Assembly: GCF_006345805.1 (NCBI RefSeq)
Contig: NW_021828718.1
Span: 1 to 7,898, forward strand
Source: Octopus sinensis
Taxonomy: Eukaryota
Direction of reading: 5' to 3'
Length of the DNA stretch: 7,898 nt
In this document: positions 7,327 to 7,898 of the stretch, one piece after another
How the letters are laid out: every line of letters begins with the position of its first letter
Numbering within the stretch: position 1 is the first letter of the stretch
Program-made: the position numbers and the translations under genes
The notes under the pieces: generated by a model
Database searches by the model: none
What the model was told of the DNA's origin: nothing
What the model saw: only the letters and a program-made list of their open reading frames with translations

Positions 7327-7350
7327 TATAATGCGAAGCTTCAACTGCAG

Positions 7351-7412
7351 TAGAAAGCTATCCTCTCAAGACATTTCGCCTGGAATAGACAGCTTATCCT
7401 CTCAAGAAATTT
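7351..7412. repeat. Short imperfect tandem duplication, period 35-36 nt
   Basis: TAGAAAGC-TATCCTCTCAAGACATTT versus TAGACAGCTTATCCTCTCAAGAAATTT; 13 nt identical at 7359-7371 and 7395-7407. Confidence 0.8.
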
Positions 7413-7499
7413 TTAGTGAGGAATGTTTCAAAAAGTTTCCCGTTTTTGCTTTCGATACCAACATCTTCGAATATCACGGTTCCCTCAGTTAATCGTGTT

Positions 7500-7670
7500 T
7501 TATCCTGGTTCTACCTCCTACATTTCAGACTTCTACCCGGATTCTCTCTTTGTGTATTTTCTAGTGTTTCTTTCTGTTGAAGAGCGTGGGCTCGAAACGT
7601 AGAAGACTTTCTTACCTTCCCGAGCGTTAAACTAATACACCTGTCTTCGGCTTTTTTTTTTTGTAAGTTC
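7500..7670 (+). mobile_element. Penelope-like pLTR or retrozyme-like fragment (boundaries approximate)
   Basis: Pyrimidine-rich sequence surrounding a hammerhead-like TGAAGA...CGAAACGT motif, the usual layout of Penelope-like pseudo-LTRs. No RT or GIY-YIG coding sequence is visible. Confidence 0.5.
7569..7606 (+). ncRNA. Minimal type I hammerhead ribozyme-like motif with variant core
   Basis: Stem I UCUUU(7569-7573)/GAAGA(7602-7606); core CUGUUGA(7574-7580) plus A; stem II GAGC-GUGG-GCUC (7582-7593); GAA; palindromic stem III ACGU (7597-7600); GUA cleavage triplet ending at 7601. Confidence 0.65.
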
Positions 7671-7898
7671 CAAATATTCTCAACAATTTCCATATCATCT
7701 TTTTCTGTATCGAAAGGCCAGCAGCCTAGTTCAAGATTAGTTGCAGTGGAATTTTATCAGGAATCAGGTCGCATAAAGAACGACAAAAATTAAATTTGGT
7801 CAAATAAAAGTCAATGTCAGAATGATGTTAACAGTCCATGATGTATTTTTTGAATGGCTAATATGAGGCTTTCACACTGCAGTTGCTTTGTTGAAAGA

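Larger units (their letters stand above)
6731..7328 (+). mobile_element. Mariner transposon relic B, 5'-truncated, with 3' TIR and TA
   Basis: 3' half of the transposase, AT-rich 3' UTR, and TIR ending ...ACCTGA followed by TA (7327-7328). Confidence 0.93.
7342..7885. repeat. Imperfect inverted repeat pair (7342-7358 and 7868-7885)
   Basis: CAACTGCAGT-A-GAAAGC on the left versus CAACTGCAGT-GT-GAAAGC as reverse complement on the right; CTT lies immediately outside both arms. Confidence 0.35.

Noticed and set aside
7511-7693. 60-aa minus-strand ORF
   Set aside because: No ATG-supported or recognisable product; antisense to the hammerhead-containing repeat and crosses a homopolymer run.

Overview
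Repeat-dominated eukaryotic genomic DNA with no confidently supported host protein-coding gene. It is most likely intronic or intergenic octopus/coleoid cephalopod sequence; this taxon call rests on recalled SINE families and microsatellite style, not a database search. Positions 1-4830 are mostly di- and trinucleotide microsatellites separated by short unique islands, and nearly all listed ORFs there are repeat translations. Positions 4820-7700 are a near-continuous stack of mobile-element remnants: three head-to-tail tRNA-derived SINE copies on the minus strand, an inverted copy of the same family, two different dead mariner transposons each keeping only a 3' TIR plus TA, a tRNA-like SINE head fused directly onto the second mariner, and a motif at 7569-7606 that folds as a minimal type I hammerhead ribozyme of the Penelope/retrozyme kind with a non-canonical core. 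The hammerhead-like motif, the SINE trimer junctions and the SINE-head/mariner chimera are the most interesting items.
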